Origin: Gammaproteobacteria bacterium
Lineage (GTDB): Bacteria > Pseudomonadota > Gammaproteobacteria > UBA6429 > Thiohalophilaceae
Direction of reading: 5' to 3'
DNA length: 64,000 nt
NCBI GenBank assembly: GCA_026196045.1
Contig: JAPHRJ010000042.1
Coordinates: forward strand, 4,151 to 68,150
The notes under the pieces are model-generated. The model saw nothing but the letters and a program-made list of their open reading frames with translations. It was not told the origin of the DNA and did not search any database. Below are positions 1-8,617 of the stretch, one piece after another (the stretch's first letter is position 1; each line of letters begins with the position of its first letter). Both the position numbers and the translations under genes were made by a program.

Positions 1-96
1 GGGGTTGAGCCGGCTACTGCTCGTAATGAGTTGCTAAAAGTCGTACATGGTGAACAAAGTGAGCTACTCGCAAAATACAAGCCACCCAAACTTTAA
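1..96 (+). CDS. 3' end of an unidentified CDS that continues upstream of the window
   Basis: Frame 1 is open from base 1 to TAA at 94-96 (GVEPATARNELLKVVHGEQSELLAKYKPPKL*). It is convergent with dcd. No family is recognisable from 31 residues. Confidence 0.3.
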   Translation, partial: GVEPATARNELLKVVHGEQSELLAKYKPPKL

Positions 97-99
97 TCA

Positions 100-116
100 G
101 CAGAAATTAATTCTGC
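100..116. terminator. Weak hairpin between the convergent genes
   Basis: gcagaa-attaa-ttctgc gives a 6-bp stem. It lies between the upstream partial CDS and the dcd stop. A short T run (cttttc) follows on the plus strand only. Confidence 0.3.
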
Positions 117-147
117 CAGTGGCTTTTCCTGAGTTCACAATGACTGA

Positions 148-714
148 TCAGGCTTTCGGTAAAGTCACACCTGTCTGGCCCTGATATTTACCCGCCCGAT
201 CACCGTAAGAAACCTCACAGACTTCGTCAGACTCAAAAAAGAGCATCTGGGCAACGCCTTCATTGGCATAAATTTTTGCTGGTAGTGGCGTGGTATTGGA
301 AAATTCCAATGTCACATGCCCCTCCCATTCGGGTTCCAGTGGAGTTACATTCACAATAATGCCACAGCGGGCATAAGTCGACTTGCCAAGGCAGACGGTT
401 AGCACGCTGCGTGGGATGCGGAAGTATTCAACCGTGCGAGCAAGCGCAAAGGAGTTAGGGGGAATAATGCAGACATCACCCTTGTAATCAACAAAGCTCT
501 GATGATCAAAATCCTTGGGATCAACAATGGCTGAATTAATATTGGTAAAAATCTTGAACTCATCGGCACAGCGAACGTCGTAGCCATAACTCGATGTACC
601 ATAGGATACAATTCGGCCCTGCTCATTTTCCCGAACCTGACCTGCCTCAAATGGCTCAATCATGCCCTGTTCCTGCGCCATGCGCCGTATCCACTTATCG
701 GCTTTAATACTCAT
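148..714 (-). CDS. dcd: dCTP deaminase
   Basis: 188 aa, [15 protein letters not shown]...[11 protein letters not shown]. Full-length resemblance to bacterial Dcd, with typical length. Confidence 0.95.
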   Translation of the reverse strand: MSIKADKWIRRMAQEQGMIEPFEAGQVRENEQGRIVSYGTSSYGYDVRCADEFKIFTNINSAIVDPKDFDHQSFVDYKGDVCIIPPNSFALARTVEYFRIPRSVLTVCLGKSTYARCGIIVNVTPLEPEWEGHVTLEFSNTTPLPAKIYANEGVAQMLFFESDEVCEVSYGDRAGKYQGQTGVTLPKA

Positions 715-827
715 TGCTATTCATTTTCCTGTATTTATGACAGGCTATTTTAATAGGGACGCCAGGAAAATACTATCGGCAATATTATTTATCCGTAATT
801 ACTAGCGGCAACAACCGTGCTATAAGT

Positions 828-3065
828 CTATTCAATAACCTGGGGGCCTAATACACGTAATACTTCGTAAATTGTCGTTTGACCACTATCTACTTTTTTA
901 TAGGCATCCTGCAATATGCTACTCATACCCTGTTGTGTGGCCGCCTGAGTAAGTTCTCCAATATTGGCACCGGCAGCAATCATATTTTTCAAATCTGTGC
1001 CGGGCACCAGAATTTCATAGATACCAATTCGCCCGCTATATCCCGTATGATTACATTGTTTACAACCTGTTCCCTCAAATGTCTGCAGATTGTCATTTTT
1101 AAACACAGGACCCAGTTGATGTAAATCCTCGTCCCGAATCGCAACAGGCGCTCTGCAGACCTCACAGATCTTGCGCACCAGCCGCTGGGCGATAATTGCT
1201 TCTAATGCGGTCGATACAATATAGGGCTTTAGCCCCAGATCCAGAAGTCGAGCGATAGTTGCCACCGCCGAGTTGGTATGCAGTGTCGAAAAAACCAGAT
1301 GCCCTGTCAGGGCCGCATTAAAGGCCACTTCTGCAGTTTCAATATCCCTAATCTCACCCAGAAGAACAACATCGGGATCCTGGCGCAGAATGGCACGAAG
1401 TACCGTTGCAAAACTGAGACCGACCTTATCCTTCACCATCACCTGGCCGGCCATATCCAGATAGTATTCAACCGGGTCCTCAATGGTGACATAGTTCTTA
1501 TCGGCTGTAGCATTATGCTGCAGGAGTGAATACAGGGTTGTAGTTTTGCCGCTTCCAGTAGGCCCGGTTGCGAGGATAATGCCCTGAGGCTTTTTAATTA
1601 CATTGACCACTCTATTGAAGTCCTCTGTTTCCAGACCCAACTGGTTAACTTCATGGATCGATGAATTACGATCCAGTAAACGCATAACAATCTTTTCACC
1701 ATTAATGGTCGGTAATGTTGAAATACGCAGGTCAATAATGCGCATTGGTGTCTTTACCGTAATACGACCGTCCTGTGGTCGACGACGCTCTGTAATATCA
1801 AGTTCAGCCATCACCTTGATACGTGAAACCAGCGACATATGCAGGCTATGGGGTATCTGAATCTTGTCAGACAAAATACCATCGGTTCGATAACGCACCA
1901 CGACACTATTGGTACGAGGATGAATATGAATATCACTGGCCTGATAACGTATTGCTTCCAGAATAATGGCATTGACCAGGCGAATGGCCGGAGGCTCATC
2001 TGAACCGTGTAATAAATCCTCCAGTGTCAGATCATCATCATCATCAAGAATGATCTCGATCGCCTCAAAGGGATCTGTACTTGATATCAGGGTTTCCAGA
2101 TCATCAAAATTGATATCCTCATCACCATAAACCTCGGTAATTTTATCCTGAATATCGGCAGCATTCGCCATGACGGCCTGGATCTCCAGACCAACGGTAA
2201 AGCGCAGATCATCTATCAGCCCCATATCCATCGGATCTGCCATAGCCAGTAACAAACGCCGGTTTTCCTGTTTTAAAGGTAAAACTAACTGTCGCTCACA
2301 AAAGCTGCGCGGGATCAATGATGATATAGCCGAATCAACCTGGAACTCAGCTAGTGAGACTTCATCGACCAACAAATCTTTTTTTAGAATATCGCGAATT
2401 TTTTTCTCCGCGACCCATTCTTTATCCAGGAGGATCCGGATGGTGGGAATTTTCTTCGCCTGCTGTATTTTATAAAGTTCCTGTACCTGTTTGTCATTCA
2501 GGAGATTGCATTTATGCAACATAATAGCAAGCTGACTGCGATTACTGACAGCCAGTTTGGACAGCTCCGATATTTCCTTCGCCCTTTTCTCATTTTGTTT
2601 TTGCAGTATTTTATTGCGCTGAATCAGATCATGCTGTTCCAGTGCCAGACTGACAGTAACGCGCAGGTCATCATCATTCCAGGGCTTGAGGATGAATTTA
2701 TAAACGGCACCTTCCTTGATAGCACTCATTACCGCATCCGTATCTGCGTGGCCCGTTAGCATAATACGGATAGTTTCAGGATGTTGTTTCTTGACCCTCC
2801 TCAGCAACTCACCACCATTCATCACTGGCATATTGAAATCAGAAATTATGAGCTGGAACACCGATCCATCCATAACTTTTAACGCCTCCTCACCACTGCC
2901 TGCAGTCATGATGTGATAGTTTTCCTGCCGGAACACTCGCTTCAAGGCATTTAGCACATTGGGTTCATCATCGACCAGGAGTATATGATAACCTGAGCTA
3001 GTCTCAACGGGCTGTTCGCTATCACCGGACTCTCCGGCTGTAAATAGTGAGGAATATTGTGACAT
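828..3065 (-). CDS. Response-regulator receiver fused to a GspE/PilB/MshE-family (type II/IV secretion) ATPase
   Basis: Receiver at aa ~27-145 (LLVDDEPNVL, acceptor in IISDFNMP, KPWNDDDL). T2SSE_N-like segment at aa ~240-310 (LIPRSFCERQLVLPL...LLLAMADPMD). ATPase core: Walker A GPTGSGKTTT, Asp box VTIEDPVEY, Walker B DPDVVLLGEIRD, His box GHLVFSTLHTN, and a tetracysteine CEVC...CKQC. The ATG lies 3 nt after the stop of the upstream kinase. Confidence 0.9.
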   Translation of the reverse strand: MSQYSSLFTAGESGDSEQPVETSSGYHILLVDDEPNVLNALKRVFRQENYHIMTAGSGEEALKVMDGSVFQLIISDFNMPVMNGGELLRRVKKQHPETIRIMLTGHADTDAVMSAIKEGAVYKFILKPWNDDDLRVTVSLALEQHDLIQRNKILQKQNEKRAKEISELSKLAVSNRSQLAIMLHKCNLLNDKQVQELYKIQQAKKIPTIRILLDKEWVAEKKIRDILKKDLLVDEVSLAEFQVDSAISSLIPRSFCERQLVLPLKQENRRLLLAMADPMDMGLIDDLRFTVGLEIQAVMANAADIQDKITEVYGDEDINFDDLETLISSTDPFEAIEIILDDDDDLTLEDLLHGSDEPPAIRLVNAIILEAIRYQASDIHIHPRTNSVVVRYRTDGILSDKIQIPHSLHMSLVSRIKVMAELDITERRRPQDGRITVKTPMRIIDLRISTLPTINGEKIVMRLLDRNSSIHEVNQLGLETEDFNRVVNVIKKPQGIILATGPTGSGKTTTLYSLLQHNATADKNYVTIEDPVEYYLDMAGQVMVKDKVGLSFATVLRAILRQDPDVVLLGEIRDIETAEVAFNAALTGHLVFSTLHTNSAVATIARLLDLGLKPYIVSTALEAIIAQRLVRKICEVCRAPVAIRDEDLHQLGPVFKNDNLQTFEGTGCKQCNHTGYSGRIGIYEILVPGTDLKNMIAAGANIGELTQAATQQGMSSILQDAYKKVDSGQTTIYEVLRVLGPQVIE

Positions 3066-3068
3066 GGT

Positions 3069-4298
3069 CTACTCCTTCACAGGCAAGATAATTGTGAAAG
3101 TAGTTCCTGTATCTTCCTGACTGTCTACCGTAATAGTACCGTTATGTGCCGCGATAATGTCACGACTGACTGTTAAACCCAGACCTGTTCCTTCACCAAC
3201 ATCATGCGTAGTATAAAATGGATCAAAAATCCGCCTCATAACCTCGGCGGACATACCCTTACCATTGTCACTAACCCGTATCACAATCTCCCTATTTATT
3301 AATCCGGACTCAATTTGAATCTTACCAGCAGCCTTTTTAATTGCCGTCACTGCATTCAATAATATATTGAGAAATACCTGCGCCAAATGCCCTGGTCGAC
3401 AACGCGTCAAAGGTAGTTCTCCTAATGCCAGCTCTAGTTCAGCCTTTTGTCCGATCTGGTTGGTAGCTACATTGCACACAGAGTGTATGATCTGATTTAT
3501 ATTCAGTGTTGCTTCTTCAGTGCGATCAACATTTGAAAAGTCCTTGAGATCAGACACTATACCTGCAACACGCTCTGCACCACTAACGCTTTCCTTCAGT
3601 AGTTCATTAAAGTCTTGCAACATATATTCAATATCACATTCATCCCATACCCTCTTCAAAACTGGCCCATTCAGTTCTTTTTGTATTTGTTCACTAAACT
3701 TAACAATATTTGAGACATAGTTTTGTGCGGTGGCAAGATTGCTAGTAATAAAACCAACTGGATTATTAATTTCGTGTGCAATACCGGCGGCTAACTGACC
3801 GACTGAGGCCAGTTTTTCAGCCTGATAGAGTTGACGCTGGGCATTTTCGATTGTTTTAACCTGTTCCTCTACACGTTGCTCCAGATTCTGCGCCAGTGCT
3901 TTGTATTTTTCCTCTGAATCCATCAAGGCTTCATGTTTCTTCTGTAGCGCTTCATAATCGGCATGAACTGCTTCAACATGTAAATTTGATGCCATCAGAT
4001 AACGTTCAGCACTTTTTAATATCTGTTCCACAAGAATTGTTGCGCTATGTGTCACCTTACTGTCACCTGCTTGCAAATAGGCAACGGGCTCCAGCTGAAT
4101 GGTTAACGGGATCCTGATACTGTCTATCCTGTCATTGTATTCACCCAGCACACTGTCGCCAGCCATATTCAGTATGCAAACTGACTCACCTAGTAAGCTC
4201 CTCAATGCCTGCAACAGTTTTTCCCTGTTAACGCCTTTTAACAGGTCATCTATACTGAGTTCACGATCAAATGCCGCAATGGGGGTTTCCTTCATCAT
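3069..4298 (-). CDS. Cytoplasmic sensor histidine kinase with an uncharacterised ~100-aa N-terminal domain
   Basis: No hydrophobic segments, a coiled coil, HisKA H-box AAGIAHEINNPVGF, and HATPase_c (DNGKGM, GTGLGL). Its ATG overlaps the GTPase stop (ATGATGA at 4293-4298). Confidence 0.9.
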   Translation of the reverse strand: MMKETPIAAFDRELSIDDLLKGVNREKLLQALRSLLGESVCILNMAGDSVLGEYNDRIDSIRIPLTIQLEPVAYLQAGDSKVTHSATILVEQILKSAERYLMASNLHVEAVHADYEALQKKHEALMDSEEKYKALAQNLEQRVEEQVKTIENAQRQLYQAEKLASVGQLAAGIAHEINNPVGFITSNLATAQNYVSNIVKFSEQIQKELNGPVLKRVWDECDIEYMLQDFNELLKESVSGAERVAGIVSDLKDFSNVDRTEEATLNINQIIHSVCNVATNQIGQKAELELALGELPLTRCRPGHLAQVFLNILLNAVTAIKKAAGKIQIESGLINREIVIRVSDNGKGMSAEVMRRIFDPFYTTHDVGEGTGLGLTVSRDIIAAHNGTITVDSQEDTGTTFTIILPVKE

Positions 4299-4960
4299 GG
4301 CACACCCGTTTCGGTTGAAGTCATAACCGACATAATAAAGTCATGCTCTTTTATACCGTGCTTTGTATGCAGTTCGAAACGACGTTCCATAGCCGGGTAT
4401 ACCTGTCGCAGCAATTCAACAAAGGTTTCCTTTACACCATCACCATTCAATGCCGAACTGAAAAAAAGTGACCACTGAGTCTTATCCCATCGAGCAGAGA
4501 CTTCATCCTTACTGACAATATCGGGTAGATCGCGTTTATTAAACTGAATCACCAGGGGTAAAGACTCAAAATCCAGACCCGCCCGTGCACAATTGTCTGC
4601 AAGGTTTTGAAATGACTGAGCATTGTTCATACTCTGGCTGGATTGAGAATCGGCCACAAACACCACACCATCAGCACGGGACAATACCGCCTTACGGGTA
4701 CCGTCATGGGCAACCTGGCCGGGAACGGTAAACAGTTTAAACTTAATCAGTAGACCGGAAGGGGCACGAAAACCAATCGGAAGCAGGTCGAAAAACAAGG
4801 TACGATCATTTTTAGTTTCCATCGTCATGATGTCGCCCTTAAGTTCAGGCCGCAGCATGTCATACAAGCGCATCAGGTTTGTTGTCTTGCCACTTTGAGC
4901 AGGACCATAGTAAACCAGCTTGATGGTCAGTTTTTGTAACTGTTCATCGTACTCAGCCAT
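4295..4960 (-). CDS. MglA-family Ras-like small GTPase
   Basis: 221 aa. IKLVYYGPAQSGKTTNL (P-loop), DRTLFFDLLP (MglA-type switch I with the intrinsic Arg), TVPGQ (G3), VIQFNKRD (G4), SSAL (G5). Collinear with my recollection of Myxococcus MglA (KIVYYGPGLCGKTTNL...DRTLFFDFLP...TVPGQ...NKRD). Confidence 0.85.
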   Translation of the reverse strand: MAEYDEQLQKLTIKLVYYGPAQSGKTTNLMRLYDMLRPELKGDIMTMETKNDRTLFFDLLPIGFRAPSGLLIKFKLFTVPGQVAHDGTRKAVLSRADGVVFVADSQSSQSMNNAQSFQNLADNCARAGLDFESLPLVIQFNKRDLPDIVSKDEVSARWDKTQWSLFFSSALNGDGVKETFVELLRQVYPAMERRFELHTKHGIKEHDFIMSVMTSTETGVP

Positions 4961-4969
4961 ATTGTAGAC

Positions 4970-5503
4970 TTAAACATCATCCTCACTCAGGATAATAGAG
5001 CCATCCGTGGCCCAGTCCACCGAAAATAATTCCGGATGTTGATTTTTATATTGTTCAAGTATCTGTTTTCGTTTATCGAGTTCTTTCTGCTGTGCCCTGA
5101 CCTGGTCAGCAAGATGACGGTTTTCTACTAGCACATCTCGGAATGCCAATGCCTGTTTAATGGTAGAAATAAGTTCATAATCCTGCCAGGGCTTGGTTAC
5201 AAAGCGGTATATTTCGGCGTTATTAATTGCACCAAGCAGGGCTTCCAGATCCGTATGTCCACTGAGGATCAAACGCATAGAATTGGGTTGCAGGTTTTTT
5301 ACCTCACTGAGAAATTCGACCCCATTCATCTCAGGCATACGGTAATCAGAGAGAAACAAATCAAAATTAGTAACCTGAGCGCGTTTAAGTGCATCTTTCA
5401 CATTGGAATATGATTCTATTTCCCAGTCAGTCTGTCCCCTGAATATACGCTCCAGAGCTTTAAGAATATTTTCCTCGTCATCAACAAGCATAATCTGGTA
5501 CAT
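4970..5503 (-). CDS. Stand-alone response-regulator receiver with a ~55-aa coiled C-terminal tail
   Basis: MYQIMLVDDEENILK..., acceptor LFLSDYRMPEMNG, KPWQDYEL. I chose the internal ATG at 5503 because GGAGAA lies 6-7 nt upstream and the longer ORF would overlap the upstream gene. Confidence 0.85.
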   Translation of the reverse strand: MYQIMLVDDEENILKALERIFRGQTDWEIESYSNVKDALKRAQVTNFDLFLSDYRMPEMNGVEFLSEVKNLQPNSMRLILSGHTDLEALLGAINNAEIYRFVTKPWQDYELISTIKQALAFRDVLVENRHLADQVRAQQKELDKRKQILEQYKNQHPELFSVDWATDGSIILSEDDV

Positions 5504-5504
5504 G

Positions 5505-6851
5505 TTATTTCTCCTTATCCGCCAATACGTAAATTTCCAGCTCATAATCTATCGCTTCTTCAAGATTATAAATACGTTCAATAATGCCTTCGGTCAGACA
5601 ATGTCCCTGAGAGAGCAACAGTATGTCATCCTGTATGATTAAATCCCGTGAGAGCACCATACCACTAGCCAGCCCATTTGATTTTAAACGGCGTTCAGCT
5701 ACATGTTCACTGCGTTCCGCCAGACGACTGATAACTTTGCGGAATATATCAACAGATTTAGGGTCATAAAAACTACCCCGGTGTCTGATGATATAGTCTC
5801 GCGCATCACTTGAATTCAAAAATTCTGTCACCAACAGTCCCTGTTGGAGATCATAGTAGTCACCCGCCACTTTTAGTATAAGTGCGGCGACAGGGATAGA
5901 ATCACCTTTCCGTTTTTCTGGATAGCCTGAACCATCAATATGTTCGTGTTGATGATGTATCAGACGTGCCGCATCCTGTAATGGTTCCAGAGCCATTAAT
6001 ATTCCTTCACCCACAATAGGATGTTGAGTATATGTTTTGTGCTCACTATCATTCATAGTATTGAATGATTTTTTCAGTAGTGTATCGCTGAGGCTGATTT
6101 TACCGACGTTACGTAATAGTGCGGCAAAGCGAAGCTGTTGAGTATCAGCCTCATCCATGCCCATTTCTATTGCCATATGTTCAGCCAGTTCAGCGATCTT
6201 ACGTGTCCGACCACTGGTCTGATGTTCACGCATTTCAATAATATTTGAGAACACTTCAACGGTAGAACGATAACTATCATTTAATGACTCATGTGCAAGT
6301 TCCAGGAAACTCACGGTTTGCTGTAACTCCCCTGTGCGTGCGGCTACTTTATCTTCCAGGCCAGCATTTAAGGTCTTAAGCTGTTTATTCTGCTTTCTAA
6401 TTACGACTTCAAGACGACGGCGTTCTTTTTCAAGCCGTTGTTGCTCAAGTGCCCGCTGCACAGTAAGTAGAATATCATTATCTTCCCATGGCTTACTGAT
6501 ATAGCGATAAATTTGTCCTTTGTTTACTGCATCAATCGTTGATGTAATATCTGAATAGCCTGTTAATAATATACGTACTGTCATAGGCCAGCGCTTAGCA
6601 ACTTCTTCCAGGAATGCAGCCCCATCCATCTCGGGCATACGCATATCAGAAATCACAAGGTCAATGGAATAGTGCTCCATAAACTTCAAACCTTCTGCCC
6701 CACTTTCTGCGGTTAAAATATGATAACCATGAGGACGAAAAAGGCGCTTTAAAGATGACAGGATGTTTGTCTCATCATCAACAAACAATAGGGTCGGAGG
6801 GTGTGACTTTTTCTGACCTGTCTGTGCTTCGGTATTAATTACTTTATCCAT
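5505..6851 (-). CDS. Response regulator with a degenerate HD-GYP output domain (RpfG-like architecture)
   Basis: Receiver (LLFVDDETNIL, VISDMRMPEMDG, KPWEDNDIL), a coiled coil, then an HD-GYP domain with HEHIDGSGYP. The canonical LHDIGK reads LRNVGK (CGT AAC at 6108-6113). The start is set at MDKVINTE (6851), just after the upstream stop. Confidence 0.88.
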   Translation of the reverse strand: MDKVINTEAQTGQKKSHPPTLLFVDDETNILSSLKRLFRPHGYHILTAESGAEGLKFMEHYSIDLVISDMRMPEMDGAAFLEEVAKRWPMTVRILLTGYSDITSTIDAVNKGQIYRYISKPWEDNDILLTVQRALEQQRLEKERRRLEVVIRKQNKQLKTLNAGLEDKVAARTGELQQTVSFLELAHESLNDSYRSTVEVFSNIIEMREHQTSGRTRKIAELAEHMAIEMGMDEADTQQLRFAALLRNVGKISLSDTLLKKSFNTMNDSEHKTYTQHPIVGEGILMALEPLQDAARLIHHQHEHIDGSGYPEKRKGDSIPVAALILKVAGDYYDLQQGLLVTEFLNSSDARDYIIRHRGSFYDPKSVDIFRKVISRLAERSEHVAERRLKSNGLASGMVLSRDLIIQDDILLLSQGHCLTEGIIERIYNLEEAIDYELEIYVLADKEK

Positions 6852-6858
6852 AATTAAT

Positions 6859-8139
6859 TCATGCTTCCTTTGCTTCTTCTGAACTCTGGGAAACAGGCAA
6901 CCAAACTTTGAAAGTTGTTCCTTTTCCAGCTTCACTCTGAACATCAATGTTTCCATGGTGTTTATTTATAATCCCATACGATAATGATAATCCAAGTCCC
7001 GTCCCCTTCCCTACTTCCTTTGTTGTAAAAAAAGGATCGAATATCTTTTTCATATTCTCCGGTTCAATTCCTTTTCCTGTATCACTTATTTCTATCCATA
7101 TCTGCTCATCCTGTTTTCCAGTACGAACAGTTATTACGCCACGTTCTTCAATTGCATGTGCGGCATTTACCAATAGATTCATAAAGACCTGATTTACCTG
7201 TGATGCAAGACATTCAATATCAGGTAATTCGCCATATTCTTTTATGACTTCCGCCTTATATTTTATCTCGTTATTTACAATATTCAGTGTGCTGTCCAGG
7301 CCACGATGAATATTCGCCCATTGCCATTCAGCTTCATCAACATGAGAGAAGTCCTTGAGGTCCTGAACAATCCCTTTTACTCTCGCAATACCTTCGCGGG
7401 ATTCAGAGACCAGTTCCTGCATGTCACGTTTTAAATAGCCTAAATCCAGTTCCTGTTTAAGTTTTAGTAACTGTTCAAGTTTATCGCCACCTGATTCAAT
7501 CATTGACTCCAGGTTTTCATACGCCTCCAGTAACTGACAAATATCAGAAACATAAGTTTGTAACGTAGCTAAATTCGAAAAAACATATCCCACGGGGTTA
7601 TTGATTTCATGGGCAACGCCAGCAGCAAGCTGGCCTATTGATGCTAGCTTTTCTGACTGTAGTAATTGTTCATGCGTTTCATGTAAATGTTTATTCGCTT
7701 CCAGAAGATCGTCATGACTTTTTTTCAACTCCTGCTGTGTCTTTCGCGATTCCTCATCTGCACGATACAAACGAATTGCGGTATTAATACAGTGATGCAA
7801 TATTTCTGCATTCAGACTGTCCTTTGAAAGATAGTCTGAGGCACCGGCACGCAGTAGATCTACAATCAGTCGCTCATCAGGCTGGCCTGTCAGAATAACC
7901 ACCGGTATACCCAGTTTCTTCTCCTGGATACTGTTTAACATTGTCAGCCCATCACCATCTGGCAACATATAATCAAGTAATGCGCAGTCATATTGCGTTT
8001 TTGTCATGGCTTCAATAGCACCAGCGACACTATTTGACTCATCAATTCTGATATCAGGTTTACTTGCGCTCAGCGCACGGCAAACCGCCATGCGATCCAC
8101 GTCGTCATCATCCACAACAAGTATTTTTAGTTCACTCAA
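6859..8139 (-). CDS. Hybrid receiver-histidine kinase (N-terminal REC, then HisKA and HATPase_c)
   Basis: ILVVDDDDVDR with acceptor ALLDYMLPDGDG. H-box AAGVAHEINNPVGY, paralogous to the kinase at 3069-4298. DTGKGI and GTGLGL. TTG start with GGAGAA about 8 nt upstream. Confidence 0.9.
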   Translation of the reverse strand: MSELKILVVDDDDVDRMAVCRALSASKPDIRIDESNSVAGAIEAMTKTQYDCALLDYMLPDGDGLTMLNSIQEKKLGIPVVILTGQPDERLIVDLLRAGASDYLSKDSLNAEILHHCINTAIRLYRADEESRKTQQELKKSHDDLLEANKHLHETHEQLLQSEKLASIGQLAAGVAHEINNPVGYVFSNLATLQTYVSDICQLLEAYENLESMIESGGDKLEQLLKLKQELDLGYLKRDMQELVSESREGIARVKGIVQDLKDFSHVDEAEWQWANIHRGLDSTLNIVNNEIKYKAEVIKEYGELPDIECLASQVNQVFMNLLVNAAHAIEERGVITVRTGKQDEQIWIEISDTGKGIEPENMKKIFDPFFTTKEVGKGTGLGLSLSYGIINKHHGNIDVQSEAGKGTTFKVWLPVSQSSEEAKEA

Positions 8140-8179
8140 CCTACCGTTCTCCTATTGGTAAAATAACCGATACTGTATA

Positions 8180-8605
8180 TTACGGTAACCTTATTAATGA
8201 CCAGAACTGATATAAAGTATGGATTGCTTCATTAAATTTTTCCGGCTCGATTGGTTTCAGCACATAACCTGACACATTCAGTTCATAGGCTGCCTGTCGA
8301 TCCCTGTCCTCATCAGAGGTTGTTAATATCACGACACAGAGTGCACGCAAGGCCGGATCAGCCCGTAACTCGCGTAAAAATTCTATGCCATTCATTTTTG
8401 GCATATTTATATCCAGCAGGATAATTTTTGGCATGGGTGACAGTTTTGTTTCATGCTTCCCACGCAACATTGCCAGTGCATCAACACCATTACCTGCGAT
8501 ATATAACGGGTTATTAATCTTATGAAGACTGAAAGCACGTTGTACATTCATGGCATCTACTTCATCATCATCTACCAGCATAATGGCTACTTTATCGTCC
8601 AGCAT
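8180..8605 (-). CDS. Single-domain CheY-like response regulator
   Basis: 141 aa, IMLVDDDEVD, ILLDINMPKMNG, YVLKP. GGGAGA RBS upstream. Confidence 0.9.
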   Translation of the reverse strand: MLDDKVAIMLVDDDEVDAMNVQRAFSLHKINNPLYIAGNGVDALAMLRGKHETKLSPMPKIILLDINMPKMNGIEFLRELRADPALRALCVVILTTSDEDRDRQAAYELNVSGYVLKPIEPEKFNEAIHTLYQFWSLIRLP

Positions 8606-8617
8606 CCACTTATCTCC

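Noticed and set aside
5505-6956. Long N-terminal extensions in the ORF track that would create 40-100-nt gene overlaps (also 4970-5545, 12324-12719, 22815-23522, 30330-31370, 17665-18267)
   Set aside because: In each case an internal ATG or GTG sits just after the upstream stop codon, usually with a Shine-Dalgarno sequence, and the conserved domain begins there. The extensions are read-through of the upstream gene's 3' end in another frame.
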